A stretch of 64,000 nt of DNA, taken from assembly GCF_964194025.1 (NCBI RefSeq), contig NC_134477.1, positions 1,612,001 to 1,676,000 on the forward strand. The letters run 5' to 3'. Positions 1 through 11,243 of the stretch are shown piece after piece (position 1 is the first letter of the stretch; each line of letters opens with the position of its first letter). The notes below the pieces were generated by a model. That model had not been told where the DNA came from and ran no database searches. It saw only the letters and a list, made by a program, of their open reading frames with translations. Made by a program: the position numbers and the translations under genes. Source of the stretch: Convolutriloba macropyga. Its lineage: Eukaryota.

Positions 1-502
1 CTAACTATTCAACACAACAAAATCCATGTCAATTTCGAAGATAAGTGAAAAACTTTTAGGAGGGGGAAGCAGTGAAAAGATTCAAATGTAAAAGTTGCCC
101 TTCAGGATGGAAAGTTTTTGAGAAACTTTAATTATTGATACTTGATTTTCCACTAATTTGGAGACTACCGAGCTGGTTGTAACTATGTNNNNNNNNNNNN
201 NNNNNNNNNNNNNNNNNNNNNNNNNNNNNNNNNNNNNNNNNNNNNNNNNNNNNNNNNNNNNNNNNNNNNNNNNNNNNNNNNNNNNNNNNNNNNNNNNNNN
301 NNNNNNNNNNNNNNNNNNNNNNNNNNNNNNNNNNNNNNNNNNNNNNNNNNNNNNNNNNNNNNNNNNNNNNNNNNNNNNNNNNNNNNNNNNNNNNNNNNNN
401 NNNNNNNNNNNNNNNNNNNNNNNNNNNNNNNNNNNNNNNNNNNNNNNNNNNNNNNNNNNNNNNNNNNNNNNNNNNNNNNNNNNNNNNNNNNNNNNNNNNN
501 NN

Positions 503-829
503 CTTACGATAACAAAAGAGCAAGTTCGAAGCTTGAATTATCAACTCTTTCTCGTTTTGCTTTAGGCAGAACTGCAGTTTAGCTTTCACGCTCTACGTGA
601 TTTAGACTAAGTACCAGTTGGCACTTGTGGTAACAATGTTTAACAAGGCTGTCACTCAAGTTTACAATATGGTTATCACCTATTGGTGAAACTCAACATT
701 AACATAGCAACAAAAGGAATATGAGTTCATTCCATCAGGAATATAAATATATGCAATATAGTTTATCAGTGTTTATATTATTAGTTGCGATACTTGGTTG
801 TCGGCTCTCCGGGTGGATCCGCCACCACA
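503..829 (-). repeat. 3' LTR (visible part; full length ~342 bp)
   Basis: 503-810 matches 6950-7257 with 3 substitutions. Begins TGT on the minus strand at 829, directly after the PPT. Confidence 0.95.
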
Positions 830-838
830 CTTTCCCTC
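830..838 (-). promoter_or_regulatory. Polypurine tract (PPT)
   Basis: Minus strand GAGGGAAAG immediately 5' of the TGTGG start of the 3' LTR. Confidence 0.85.
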
Positions 839-857
839 GATGGTTTGATTTTTGATT

Positions 858-2353
858 TTAATCAAAAATCTTGTTTAGGGCTTCTATGTCCGCTGTGTTG
901 AGCGACGATATGGAACTTGTTCCTGAATACTCGTCCTCTTGTTCCTCCGTATGGATGTTTTCTCTTTCAGTGTTCGTATCTTGGCGTTTCTCTGGTGGGT
1001 CTACTGATTCTTTGTTTGGTTGGACTGGTGGGTTTATTTCGTCTTTTTGTAGTGTTGGTGTAGGGTCTATGTTGTTTTGTTGTGTGCTTATGCTTGAACC
1101 ATTTGGTTGCGTTGTTCGTTTGTCGATCACATGCTGTTACCAACATGTTGTGGTGGTTGTTTGTTGTCGATGGGTTGTCGTGCTTTTGTGTTATTTCCAA
1201 TTGGTGTGGATGTTGAAGCTGGGATAATCGTTATGATTTGTTCTTCTTCAGGTTCTGTTGTCGCCTTTTTCGGTGAATTTGTAATTTTCTTTATTATCTT
1301 GTCTATTTTCGCTTCTCTTTTTGATGGGCTGTCGTCCTTGTTTTTTGGTTGTGCGTACATGAATGCGTTAGGGTTGTTGGATGTAAGGATTTGTAGTGGG
1401 CTGTCTTGTGATGAGTCTGATGCGAGATTGATGATTTGCACTGATTTGTCTCGCTGCAGTTTTTTCATGTCCAGTTGGATAAGTGGTGATCTTGCTTTGT
1501 CCTTTTGGCGTTGTTTCGCTTTTTCCAATTTCGTTTGTGCGAGAGCTGCCTCTTTTGAGCGTATTTCAAATTCTTTGTTGGGTTTGTGTGCACGTTTCGT
1601 TGGGGCCGTTCCTTTTCGTCTGGGCTGCTTGGGGGCTTTAGCTGGTTGGGTCCTTTGTGAACCGCTCGGGCCGGGTTGGTCCTTCTGTAGTTTGCTCTCT
1701 CCTGCCCTGCTTGGTCCCGGTTGGTCCATATGGAATTGTGATTCGGGAGTGTGGTCGGTTAGTTTCTTGCTGAGTTGGTTCTTTTGGTTCTTCTTTTCTG
1801 TTAACAAAAATTCTTTTATTTTTTCTTGGTTTCTATTGTATTCTCGTACAGTTTTACATGCTACGAAGTGCATTAGTCTTGTTTTTGTTTCGTTAATTAT
1901 AGCTAGGTCGTTTTTTCTTACTACAACGTTTTTGCGGTTGTGTGTATCTAGTGTTATTGTTGTTGGAGAATAGTTTGTAATTGTACCGTCTGGTATTATG
2001 TTCCATAATGGTTTAAGTGTGCCTCGAGGTTCTTGTGATCTACGTGCTAGTGTTTTTCGTGCTATTTGCTTATTTGTTTTGGTGATGGTGGTGGTTTTGT
2101 CCCCGAAAGTTAGTGTTAGTTTATCTGGTATAATCTTAATAGGTGATGTGTGCTTACGTTTCACTGCTTTTTTCTTTACATTCTGGAGTGTGGAGTTGTC
2201 TGAGGCAGAATCTTCGTTTGGGGTGTCTTCATTAAATCTGATATCGAGTTCGGGTTCCGAGTCGGTCTCAATGTTCCAGATGGATTCTGCGTTCAGCATG
2301 GGTTGTTTGAGGCCTCTCCTTTCGTCTAAATAGAAATTTTTTATGTTTTTGTA
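858..2353 (-). pseudogene. Long low-complexity C-terminal extension of Gypsy integrase
   Basis: ORF 1127-2299 is in frame with the integrase ORF across one TGA (2354-2356): NNM*YKNIKNFYLDERRGLKQP-MLNAES. A frameshift leads into ORF 858-1130, which ends ~20 bp before the PPT. Confidence 0.75.
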
Positions 2354-3456
2354 TCACATATTGTTTTGTGATGGTTTTGTTCTTATGTTTGAAAGTTGTG
2401 TATTAACTTTTCTTCCGAAGTGTGCTGTGTATGGTGCTATTTTTGTTGTTGTGTTTGGGATTAGTTTGATTTCTTGTATTATTTCTGCTACTTTGTCTGC
2501 GAGTGTTACTTGTGACCAGTTGGTGTCGCTATTTATCGCTGTTAGGCGTCTTTTAATTGTTTGTATTAGGCGCTCTATCATTCCCGTGGCTCTGTGATCT
2601 CCCACTGGAGCTAGTATTGATTTTATGTTGTTGTTTTTACAGAATATTTCGAATTGTCGTGACTTAAATGCTTGTGCTTGGTCGCACCTTATGTTTCTGG
2701 GGATCCCGTGGAATTTTATGTACTGATTGAGATAACTGATGGCGGTATCCGCGTCGCAATTATGGTATACTTTTGCGTGGGGGTATCTCGAGTATCTATC
2801 TACTGATGCTAGTATATACGATTCTTTGTATTGTTCGTCAGTTATTGGGCCGGCAAAGTCCAATTGGACTTCTTCATTAGGTTCTACTAATGGTGGTAGT
2901 TCTGATATTTTGTTTTTGGGTATGAGTGGTTTTAGATTCTTACCTATCTTTATGCACGGTTGGCAATTTTGAGTGAGGGTGACGATTTCCCGGTGTATTC
3001 GCGGGAACCAAATGAGGTTTGCAAGGTGCATCATCCCGGTTGTCCTGGATGTTTTCTGTGTATGGCGTTCATAATTGGTTTTCGTAGCTGTGTTGGTATG
3101 AACAGTTTACCGTCGTAGAGGATGCATCCCGTTGGTGTCACCCCTAGGTCGCGTTTCAATGAATGCCAGTACCGGTTGAAATGTTTTAGTGTTGTCCAGT
3201 CTTTGTCCTGTACTATCTGTAGTAGGCTTCGGCTTTGGGGATCTGCTCTGGTGGCCTCTGCAATGAATTCCTCTCCTAGGACTTTATGTAAATTAGTGAG
3301 GTAATCTGGTAGCTGTTCGTTGTTTGTGTTTGCGAATGGGTTGAAATGTTGTTTAGTATTGAGTGGGGTGCGTCCTAGTCCTGTGTTGTTTGTTTCCTCT
3401 GTCTGTGTTGCTATTGTGTTTGTGTTTGTTTCTGTGGGATTGTGTGGTGTGTCCAT
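2354..3456 (-). pseudogene. pol: Gypsy integrase (HHCC zinc finger + DDE core), frameshifted near 3031
   Basis: H..HPG, IWFPRIHREIVTLTQNCQPC, LDFAGP, VDRYSRYP, RCDQAQAF, TGMIERLIQTIK. Confidence 0.93.
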
Positions 3457-3849
3457 CTTCTTTTTGTTTTGTGCTCTGTGTCGTTTTGTTATGGGTATGT
3501 TGTTTGTGTCCAGATCTGGTCTTCTTCTTGTTGTAATGTATACTTTCGATGTAGATAGATTTTGTGTAATTTGTTTTGGACGATAATGGTTGTGTTGTTT
3601 TGAATTGTTAATTTGAAAGTTTGTTAATAAAGAAGGCTTAATAAGTAGCGACTGATTGTTAGCGTTAATTTGGCAAAAAGCGTGTTGCTTTTGTTCGTTC
3701 CGATTGGAATGGTTTTTGACGTCATTTTGTGCTCTTATTTTTCGAGCATTCTGATTGGCTAATTTTCTTTGTTGCGTTAACAGAGCGTATTTTAGCGATG
3801 TTATTATATTTATGACGTGGTTTTCATTCATGTTCTCACCAGTTGGTGG

Positions 3850-4330
3850 TGAATTAGGATGGCGGCTTAAATAGTCCGTGAATCCCATGTCCTTTCCTGC
3901 GATATGTTCGACTTTGAAGTGGAATGGTAATAATCTGTCGACCCATCTTGTTAATCGGCTTTGATACGTTTTTTTTCCTCTATTATTTTTTAGTGCGGAT
4001 AATAGTGCTTGATGGTCTGTTTTAAGGGTAAAGTGTGATCCATACAAGTAGTATTTAAAGTGTTCCAGAGATCAAACGACTGCTAATAGTTCGAGTTCGT
4101 TTATACTGTATCGTTGTTCATTTTTGTTTAGGAACCTACTGGCGTATGCGATTGGATGCCAATTATTGTTTCCTTTTTGTTCTAGGCATGCCCCTAATCC
4201 TTCTTTGCTAGCGTCGCATTTGACTCGCGTTTCGTTGTTTATGTTGAAGTGTTTTTGTTCTATTATGTTTTTGATTTTTTTTATCTTTTTGAATGCGGCT
4301 GAATGTTTTTCGTTCCATTCAAGTTTTTTT
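3850..4330 (-). pseudogene. pol: Gypsy RNase H domain
   Basis: CDASKEGLGACL, YASRFL...YSINELELLAVV*SLEHFKYYLYGSHFTLKTDHQAL...RLTRWVDRL...DYLSR. In-frame TGA near 4073 and a frameshift in the A-run near 4325. Confidence 0.9.
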
Positions 4331-5200
4331 TTGATGTTGATGATGATAGTAGTGGTCTTATTGGTGCTGATAGTGTTGCCAGTTTTGGTATGAATTTGAT
4401 TAGGTGGTGAATGCTACCCATGAATGATCGTAGTTGTTTGGGTGTTTTGGGGTTATCCAGTTGGATAATTGCGTCCGTTTTTATTTTGGTTGGCTTTATT
4501 CCTTCGGCGTTTATTTTGTATCCTAACCAAGTGATCTCGTTTAAGCCGAATTCGCATTTCTGTAAGCTAATTGCTAGGTTTTCTTCATTTAGTCTATTTA
4601 GTGTTTTATCATTTTCTTTTTCGTGTTTTTCTATTCTGCCTTTTGTAATAACTATTATGTCATCTAAAAATACGTTTGTTGAGTCTAGTCCGTCTAGCGT
4701 TGTGTCCATCATTTTTTGGAAGGTTGCTGGTAGGTCTGTTAAACCATAGAATCCATTTAAAAACTTGTATGTGCTTGTAGCGTTGCCTCCTAATATGTTG
4801 AAGTTACAGTGCTTTTGTGTCTCCGGGTGGAGAGGTAACTGGCTGTATGCGTATTTTAGATCAATTTTGCTGAAATATAATTTTCCTTCTTGTGTTTTTA
4901 ATTCTGATATCTTCATACTTATTTTGTCCATTAGGTGGTCTATGTTTTGCATTTGGTATTTATTTTTGTGTATTGCGTCGTTTAATATCTTTGAGTCTAG
5001 TGCAATTTTGATTGATTGATCTGATTTTACTGTGATGACCACTGGACTTATGAAATGTTCATCCGAGCATTATGTTAGTTTTTGGATCTGTTTTTCGTCG
5101 ATTAATTTTTTGAGTTCTCTCTCGACTTTTTCTGTTAGGTGTAACGGGATTCTTCGTCCTTTGTGTTGTGTCGGGTGGAATTCTTTTTTAAATGTTGATT
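4330..5200 (-). pseudogene. pol: Gypsy reverse transcriptase
   Basis: FISPVVITVK, FSKIDLKYAYSQLPL, FYGLTDLPATFQ, FLDDII, KCEF..WLG. In-frame TAA at 5070-5072. Confidence 0.95.
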
Positions 5201-5329
5201 TTGCCACGTGGTTTTTTGATCTTCCCAAGCGTGTACATAAGTGGGGGTATTTATTGAATATCCATTTGGTTATTCGTTGATGTGTGTTTGATATGTTGAA
5301 TAAATTCTTCTCACCTTTATTTGTTGTTG

Positions 5330-5735
5330 TCATTGTTAGGCGTAGGCCGAGTTGGTCCATGATGTCTCTCCCCATGATGTTGATGGTGTTGTTGTTGACC
5401 AGTAGTATTGTACAGTTTTTGGCGGTGGATGACCCTGATGTGATATCCAATTGAATGGTGCCGATTATATTGATTTTGTTGTTATTGAAGCATCGAAATT
5501 CTCCAATCGATTTGTTCGGCTGTTTGATGGTTGTCTTTCCATTAGCCAGTAATCTCTGTGCTGTGTCTATGTTCATGAAGCTACGTGGGCTTCCTGTATC
5601 TGCCAACCAGTATATTTGTTGGTAGTCTGTTTTTGTCTTTATCCAGAATTCTCCTCTGTTTGTTTTGTTTACATCTGATACTTTGATGAAGTTGATTGTT
5701 TTGATGAAGTTGACGTTTTGCCAGTCCTCCATCAT
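5330..5735 (-). pseudogene. pol: Gypsy aspartic protease
   Basis: LADTGS catalytic motif and IMGRD motif. In frame with gag across one TAG (5859-5861). Confidence 0.9.
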
Positions 5736-5858
5736 CTCTCTTATATAAGACGTCGATTCTGGGTCGATTGTTTCTTCTGTTTCTGTTTGTTCTTCCGTTT
5801 CTGTTTCTTCGTTGATGTTCCTTATTTTTTGTTGTGGATGTCTTTGTGCCCGTTGGTT

Positions 5859-6935
5859 CTATTTGTTTTGGGTTTGTAGTCCTGTACTCATTGATTTTGA
5901 TCTTTGTTGTTGTCTGAATGTGTTACGTGGTGGCATCTCTGATCTGCAAAGTTTTGCGAAATGTCCGATCTTTTTGCATATTCTGCAGGCTTCGTTTTTC
6001 GCGGGACACGTGTTTAAATGGCCAGGGAGGAATTTGTTTCCGCATCTCCTGCAATTTTGTATTTGTCCTGTTTGTGGGGTTGGTAGGATCGGTACTCTGT
6101 TTTGTCTCTTAATGTACTGTATTTTTTCGAACCATGGGTTGTCGTTGTGTGTGGATGAGTGTGGTGATTGTGAGTTGTGCATTTTCTGTTGGTTCGCTTG
6201 TCCTCGTTCTCTTGCTAATGCATAGTTTAATGTTTCACTGGGTGTTCTGTCTTCTGATAGTAAGTCCATTTGGATTTGTTGATTTCGCATTCCTTGGATG
6301 AATATGCTTTTCACCATGCTTTCTTCGAGATGTTCCCAATTGCATAGTGCTGCATGCTTTTTTATTCGCGAGTGAAATACTTCGAGTGATTCTCCTTCTT
6401 TTTGTTGACATCTGAAAAACTGAAATCTGTCAAATGTTTCGTTTCTTGTTTGTGTGAATGATTCCTTTAATTGTTCAACTAGTGCGTCTGTGGTGCATTT
6501 CTGTAGGTCCGTGTGTGGAAATTTTTGATGGAATATGTTTGTGGCTTGTGCTCTCAGAGATAGGTAAATTAAGCTTTTTGCTTTATTGTCTGCGTCATCC
6601 CATGGGATATTATCTACCATTGATCCTTTATCTTCGATTGCTTTGCAATCGTTTTGCCAGTCGGTTCTTCTTTTTTGATTACGTTGTTCACGTTGCCTTC
6701 TTTCGGCCGTGGTTTCATCTGCTTGTGCTGGTTCATAATGTGGTTTTGCTGGATAATCTAAGTCCTCGATTTCTGGTTTGGGTTGTAGTAGTTTTTCTAC
6801 TTGAGTATTGTCCTTTACCATAATCGCTAGTTTCACAGTTGATATCCATTTGTCCCAGTTTAGTTCTGGTTGGTGACCTCTGTCCCAGAAGAAGTTAACT
6901 CCAAGTGGGGATCTTGCCATTACTGACTGCGCCAT
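5859..6935 (-). CDS. gag: Gypsy Gag with two zinc knuckles
   Basis: Mag-type RFQFFRCQQKEGES motif; CRRCGNKFLPGHLNTC followed by the CCHC knuckle CRICKKIGHFAKLC. Confidence 0.92.
   Translation of the reverse strand: MAQSVMARSPLGVNFFWDRGHQPELNWDKWISTVKLAIMVKDNTQVEKLLQPKPEIEDLDYPAKPHYEPAQADETTAERRQREQRNQKRRTDWQNDCKAIEDKGSMVDNIPWDDADNKAKSLIYLSLRAQATNIFHQKFPHTDLQKCTTDALVEQLKESFTQTRNETFDRFQFFRCQQKEGESLEVFHSRIKKHAALCNWEHLEESMVKSIFIQGMRNQQIQMDLLSEDRTPSETLNYALARERGQANQQKMHNSQSPHSSTHNDNPWFEKIQYIKRQNRVPILPTPQTGQIQNCRRCGNKFLPGHLNTCPAKNEACRICKKIGHFAKLCRSEMPPRNTFRQQQRSKSMSTGLQTQNK
6921..6934 (-). promoter_or_regulatory. Primer binding site, tRNA-Ser type
   Basis: TGGCGCAGTCAGTA follows the LTR's terminal ACA directly. 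One mismatch from the tRNA-Ser PBS TGGCGCAGTCGGTA known in insect gypsy elements. Confidence 0.85.
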
Positions 6936-7257
6936 GTCGTATAGAATAACTTACGATAACAAAAGAGCAAGTTCGAAGCTTGAATTATCAACTCTTCCTC
7001 GTTTTGCTTTAGGCAGAACTGCAGTTTAGCTTTCACGCTCTACGTGATTTAGACTAAGTACCAGTTGGCACTTGTGGTAACAATGTTTAACAAAGCTGTC
7101 ACTCAAGTTTACAATATGGTTATCACCTATTGGTGAAACTCAACATTAACATAGCAACAAAAGGAATATGAGTTCATTCCATCAGGAATATAAATATATG
7201 TAATATAGTTTATCAGTGTTTATATTATTAGTTGCGATACTTGGTTGTCGGCTCTCC
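6935..7257 (-). repeat. 5' LTR (runs into N gap)
   Basis: Plus strand starts TGTCGTATAG at 6935; 6950-7257 is ~99% identical to 503-810. Confidence 0.95.
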
Positions 7258-8133
7258 NNNNNNNNNNNNNNNNNNNNNNNNNNNNNNNNNNNNNNNNNNN
7301 NNNNNNNNNNNNNNNNNNNNNNNNNNNNNNNNNNNNNNNNNNNNNNNNNNNNNNNNNNNNNNNNNNNNNNNNNNNNNNNNNNNNNNNNNNNNNNNNNNNN
7401 NNNNNNNNNNNNNNNNNNNNNNNNNNNNNNNNNNNNNNNNNNNNNNNNNNNNNNNNNNNNNNNNNNNNNNNNNNNNNNNNNNNNNNNNNNNNNNNNNNNN
7501 NNNNNNNNNNNNNNNNNNNNNNNNNNNNNNNNNNNNNNNNNNNNNNNNNNNNNNNNNNNNNNNNNNNNNNNNNNNNNNNNNNNNNNNNNNNNNNNNNNNN
7601 NNNNNNNNNNNNNNNNNNNNNNNNNNNNNNNNNNNNNNNNNNNNNNNNNNNNNNNNNNNNNNNNNNNNNNNNNNNNNNNNNNNNNNNNNNNNNNNNNNNN
7701 NNNNNNNNNNNNNNNNNNNNNNNNNNNNNNNNNNNNNNNNNNNNNNNNNNNNNNNNNNNNNNNNNNNNNNNNNNNNNNNNNNNNNNNNNNNTGTTATGTC
7801 ATCTTTTCAATGGGCGATCTTTACCTACACATTCTTGTTCAATCATTTTAGCAGGTCTAGGCATCTTCAAATCTCGTGTCTCGGTCTGCTTCGTTTTAAA
7901 TGTTCATTGACGGCTAATTCAAGATATGCGATCTGCCTGGATTTTAATTGCCTCATTTTTAGTTATGAAATATGGTCCCTGGTATGTTCTATGGCTATTA
8001 TTTGTTCAAATATTCATCCCACAGTTCGAAAATATTAGAATGCTTTCAGCTAAATTTATTACAACAGACTAATTGTGATAAACTTGTTGTTTTCTGTCTG
8101 ATCAATTTTTAATGCTGAGTAGGTTTTTCTTAC

Positions 8134-8357
8134 TCATTGACAACAGTGTGTTGGTCTTCTCCACTGTACAGATCTTTTACAATACATTCTTTTTGAGTGT
8201 TGTTTTCATTTTTGACTGGACTGTTTGTAACATCAAATTTGTAGTCACTCTTTTCCACTCCTCCCATTGACTCTGAATCAGGGCTGCCAGTTGATATTGC
8301 AAACATGGTGATTACTGAAACAAACAAAAACAAACAACCCAAAACTATTGTAAACAT
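8134..8357 (-). CDS. Probable first coding exon of a host gene for a secreted or membrane-anchored protein
   Basis: Hydrophobic N-terminus MFTIVLGCLFLFVSVITMFAISTG. The frame ends at a consensus donor (AATGA|GTAAGA). Inr-like TCAGTT ~35 nt upstream of the ATG. Confidence 0.55.
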
Positions 8358-10502
8358 TTTAAGAGAATCCAGATTTATCCAGACAACTAACTGATCTTCT
8401 ATTTGGATTTGATATGATATATGGTTACTTTAGTCTTTATTGCGCCGAGTGGTTCAGAGGTTGTTTCGATGATGTTAAGATAAAAAATTTTTAGTTCAGT
8501 AATCACGCAAAAGATATTGAATTCGACTCACGTAAACATTTGTTTTTGAAAAACTGAAAAGATAATTACCTAATTGCAAATAACAATAATTGCTCTGTTC
8601 TGATGTTCTTTTTATCATTTACAGACGCTTATCTTGCATTGCATCTTTTTAAAACTTTGGATACTTTTCATCGCTGTTCGCACAAAAACATGATTGATTT
8701 TTATGAGGTGTGCTCATCTTTTTGCTTCTTCATAAATTTTCTCTTTGCTTTTTATTACATTATGAACAATTGCAATGCTAAAACAGGCGTTGTCTTAAGA
8801 ACATGAACGTTAGTTGACTATAAGATTGTATGAATGTCTTAGTTTTAGCTCAATTGAAGCACAAACAGTTATGAGCCGACGTTATACAATTGGAATACCA
8901 CGTTTCAGTACTGATATGTCATGGGACTAGGTTAAGAAAATATATAAATTATATGGATGAAGGCCGTAGCTACAAGTGTACCTAATTTCGTACACAGCGC
9001 TAGTTGATTACATTCAATGTACTTTTTCCTAAAACCAAATTGGTATGAGAAAAATTGAAGAGTTGTATTTTTAAAAAAATACTTGGGGAAAGGGCTGCCG
9101 TTTAGATATCACTATCTATGGGTTGCACTCTCTACTTTGAATTTGTTTTTACTTTGGCTTCATTTTTCATTTAAAATTGAAAAAAAAGTTTAATTTAGTA
9201 AAAGAAACGTTGTTTTTGGTGTGTGGCTGAAAACGAAAAAAAATAAAAAAGGGAGCTGTGGTTGCTGGCTCTGTTTTGGCGGGCGCTGGACTGATATCTC
9301 CTCATACGAAACGCCTATGCTAATGGGTTGCAATGCTCTGCTATGGACACAAAAAGATGCTTTTGGTTCCTTTTTGGATTCTTTGGATGCCAATCTACGA
9401 AAAACTCTGAAGATATTGACTACTTGAAATAAAGCCATTGCTCCTTGATTTGTTTAAATTATTTTTGTAATTTAAACTATTCTCTTTGATATGAGCCTTT
9501 GCTGCCATTATTCCATAAATGAGCTTGGAAAGAACACTTCTTCGTTATGGTGAGCCGATGCAGACCCAGTTTTGAGCTCCTATCGTAGGCTGTTTTGGTT
9601 CATTTTTGAGAATTTGTTTGATGGCAAGCCTATTTGCAGACTGTACAATTTTAATGTTGCAGGCTGAAAACGGTAACAATTTGATTTTTGTTCAGTTCTT
9701 GCCATCAAAAGTTTTAAAATATGACACGATTATAGTACTGGTCAAAGTAAAATACAAAATTTGTCTGTGACTCCAGTCCGGATTAACAAGTATGATTTTT
9801 GATTTCGAGAAGTTAAACTAGATAGGATATTTGGAAAGTTTGATATTAAGTTCAACAGTAGTTTTCTCTGTAAGGTTTATTAAAAAAATAGCAGTTTAAT
9901 TTAAATGGATCAAATCGTGAAGTACGGAGGTCCATAAAGAGATGCACATTCTGCTTCAAAATAAGGGGAAAAAAATTGAACTTCAACGCCATCCTTGTTT
10001 ACCATGAAGCAACGATCCAGAAAGTGTCTGGCTAGAAATCAAATGTGCAGATCAACCAATCTCGGCTATCTCTCAAAATTGTTCTAGCAAATGCTCTTGT
10101 CAGATCCAATTATCTCGAAGATGAACCCAACAAATACTAAAAAGCTGTAAAGTTTGAGCTCTTAATTTAAAAATTGTGATAGAAATATCTCGAACTAGGA
10201 TGCAGTCGGAATCCAGAATTTTGTTGTAAGTATTTAGAAATTTTATTTTATGAGAAATAATTATGAAAAGATATGAGTTCTCTGTCAGCTTGAGTTCATT
10301 TAGCTGATCTTTAGATAAACTTAATGGTGTTCTTTGGTTTGAAAAGAATTGACCTACTTCCCTAATGTAAGCGAACGCCTCAATGAAGAATTGATCCTAT
10401 AATCTGGCTCTTAATCTTGATTTTCTTAGTGAATTAGTGAATTGTACAAAATTAGCATCCAGATTTAAATCATATTCCTTTTCTTCAGGGAAGGTTGAAC
10501 AA

Positions 10503-11243
10503 CCCCAGTTGAGAGGTCGACTTTATGAAAGACTTATAAAATTGACAAGGGGGGTAATTTCCCCTACCTTAAAAACACGTGCGACTTCCTTTGTGATATT
10601 CGACCTAAAATCTTTTCATAAGTCATCCAACGGTCTTTTCATATCCAATATTGGTCCACCAATAGTCTGTTCATATCTGAAACTCTTTTCATAAGTCGAC
10701 CAATGGTCCAGTACGGTCGACCTTAAGTCTGCTCATAGGTCTCTTTGAACAAATGCTCGGTGCATTTTTAGGGGTTCATGGATACTTTAGACTGAGTGTT
10801 GAGTACCCCGTATGTACAAAGATAGCATCAAATGCACTAGAATCATGTCAATGATATGAAACAGAAGGACAATATGTTGGGTCCAAAAAAGATTTGGAAA
10901 AATATTTTTTGTCTTTGGTCATAAATTTTTGCAAACTGAAATAAAACAATTAACACCTGAAACTACATTATATGCGAAAACGTATTTGTCAAAACTCAAA
11001 GTCGACCAATGCCATGTCGGTTGACCTCAAGTCGACGATGACCATATCGGTCGACCTAAAGTCGACCATGACCATTAGGGTTGACCTAAAGTCGACCATG
11101 ACCATAAGGGCAGACATAAATTCGACCAAGAGTATTAGCGTCAACATAAAATCATTTCAAACCCAACGTCGGTCGACCACTGTCTTTCTATACCCGATAT
11201 TGGTCGACCACGGTCTTTTCATAATTCGACGTCTCAACTGGGG
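10503..11243. mobile_element. Non-autonomous TIR DNA transposon, EnSpm/CACTA (CMC)-like
   Basis: Imperfect ~30-bp TIRs: CCCCAGTTGAGAGGTCGACTTTATGAAA versus the reverse complement of TTTCATAATTCGACGTCTCAACTGGGG. Many subterminal GTCGACC motifs. The right flank is in a gap, so no TSD can be checked. Confidence 0.75.
10997..11130. repeat. 30-bp minisatellite (~4.5 copies) inside the TIR element
   Basis: Unit approximately TAAAGTCGACCATGACCATTAGGGTTGACC. Confidence 0.85.

Larger units (their letters stand above)
488..7277 (-). mobile_element. Ty3/Gypsy LTR retrotransposon, Mag/SURL-like clade, full length, coding-disrupted
   Basis: Two direct LTRs, a PBS and a PPT. Domain order Gag-PR-RT-RH-IN in what was one reading frame. 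The outer ends fall in N gaps and are extrapolated from the other LTR. Confidence 0.95.

Noticed and set aside
128-589. Long ORFs spanning N runs (also 7216-8038, 10972-11894, 55924-56474)
   Set aside because: They are open only because the gaps translate as X.
1127-2299. env gene / endogenous retrovirus-like third ORF
   Set aside because: No signal peptide or transmembrane helix, and it is in frame with integrase.
5859-5861. Programmed gag-pol stop readthrough
   Set aside because: One of several stops in this copy. A CAG>TAG change in a Gln-rich linker is simpler; the family consensus is needed to decide.
871-6823. Plus-strand ORFs inside the Gypsy element (e.g. 1107-1973, 288 aa)
   Set aside because: Antisense shadows of an A/C-rich sense strand; F/V/L/C-rich with no recognisable domains.
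9190-10500. Possible minus-strand exons or a Penelope remnant
   Set aside because: Frames are short and interrupted; no convincing RT or GIY-YIG motif.
10997-11130. CRISPR-like array or repeat-protein ORF
   Set aside because: Contiguous 30-bp tandem units without unique spacers, inside a TIR element, with no cas genes.
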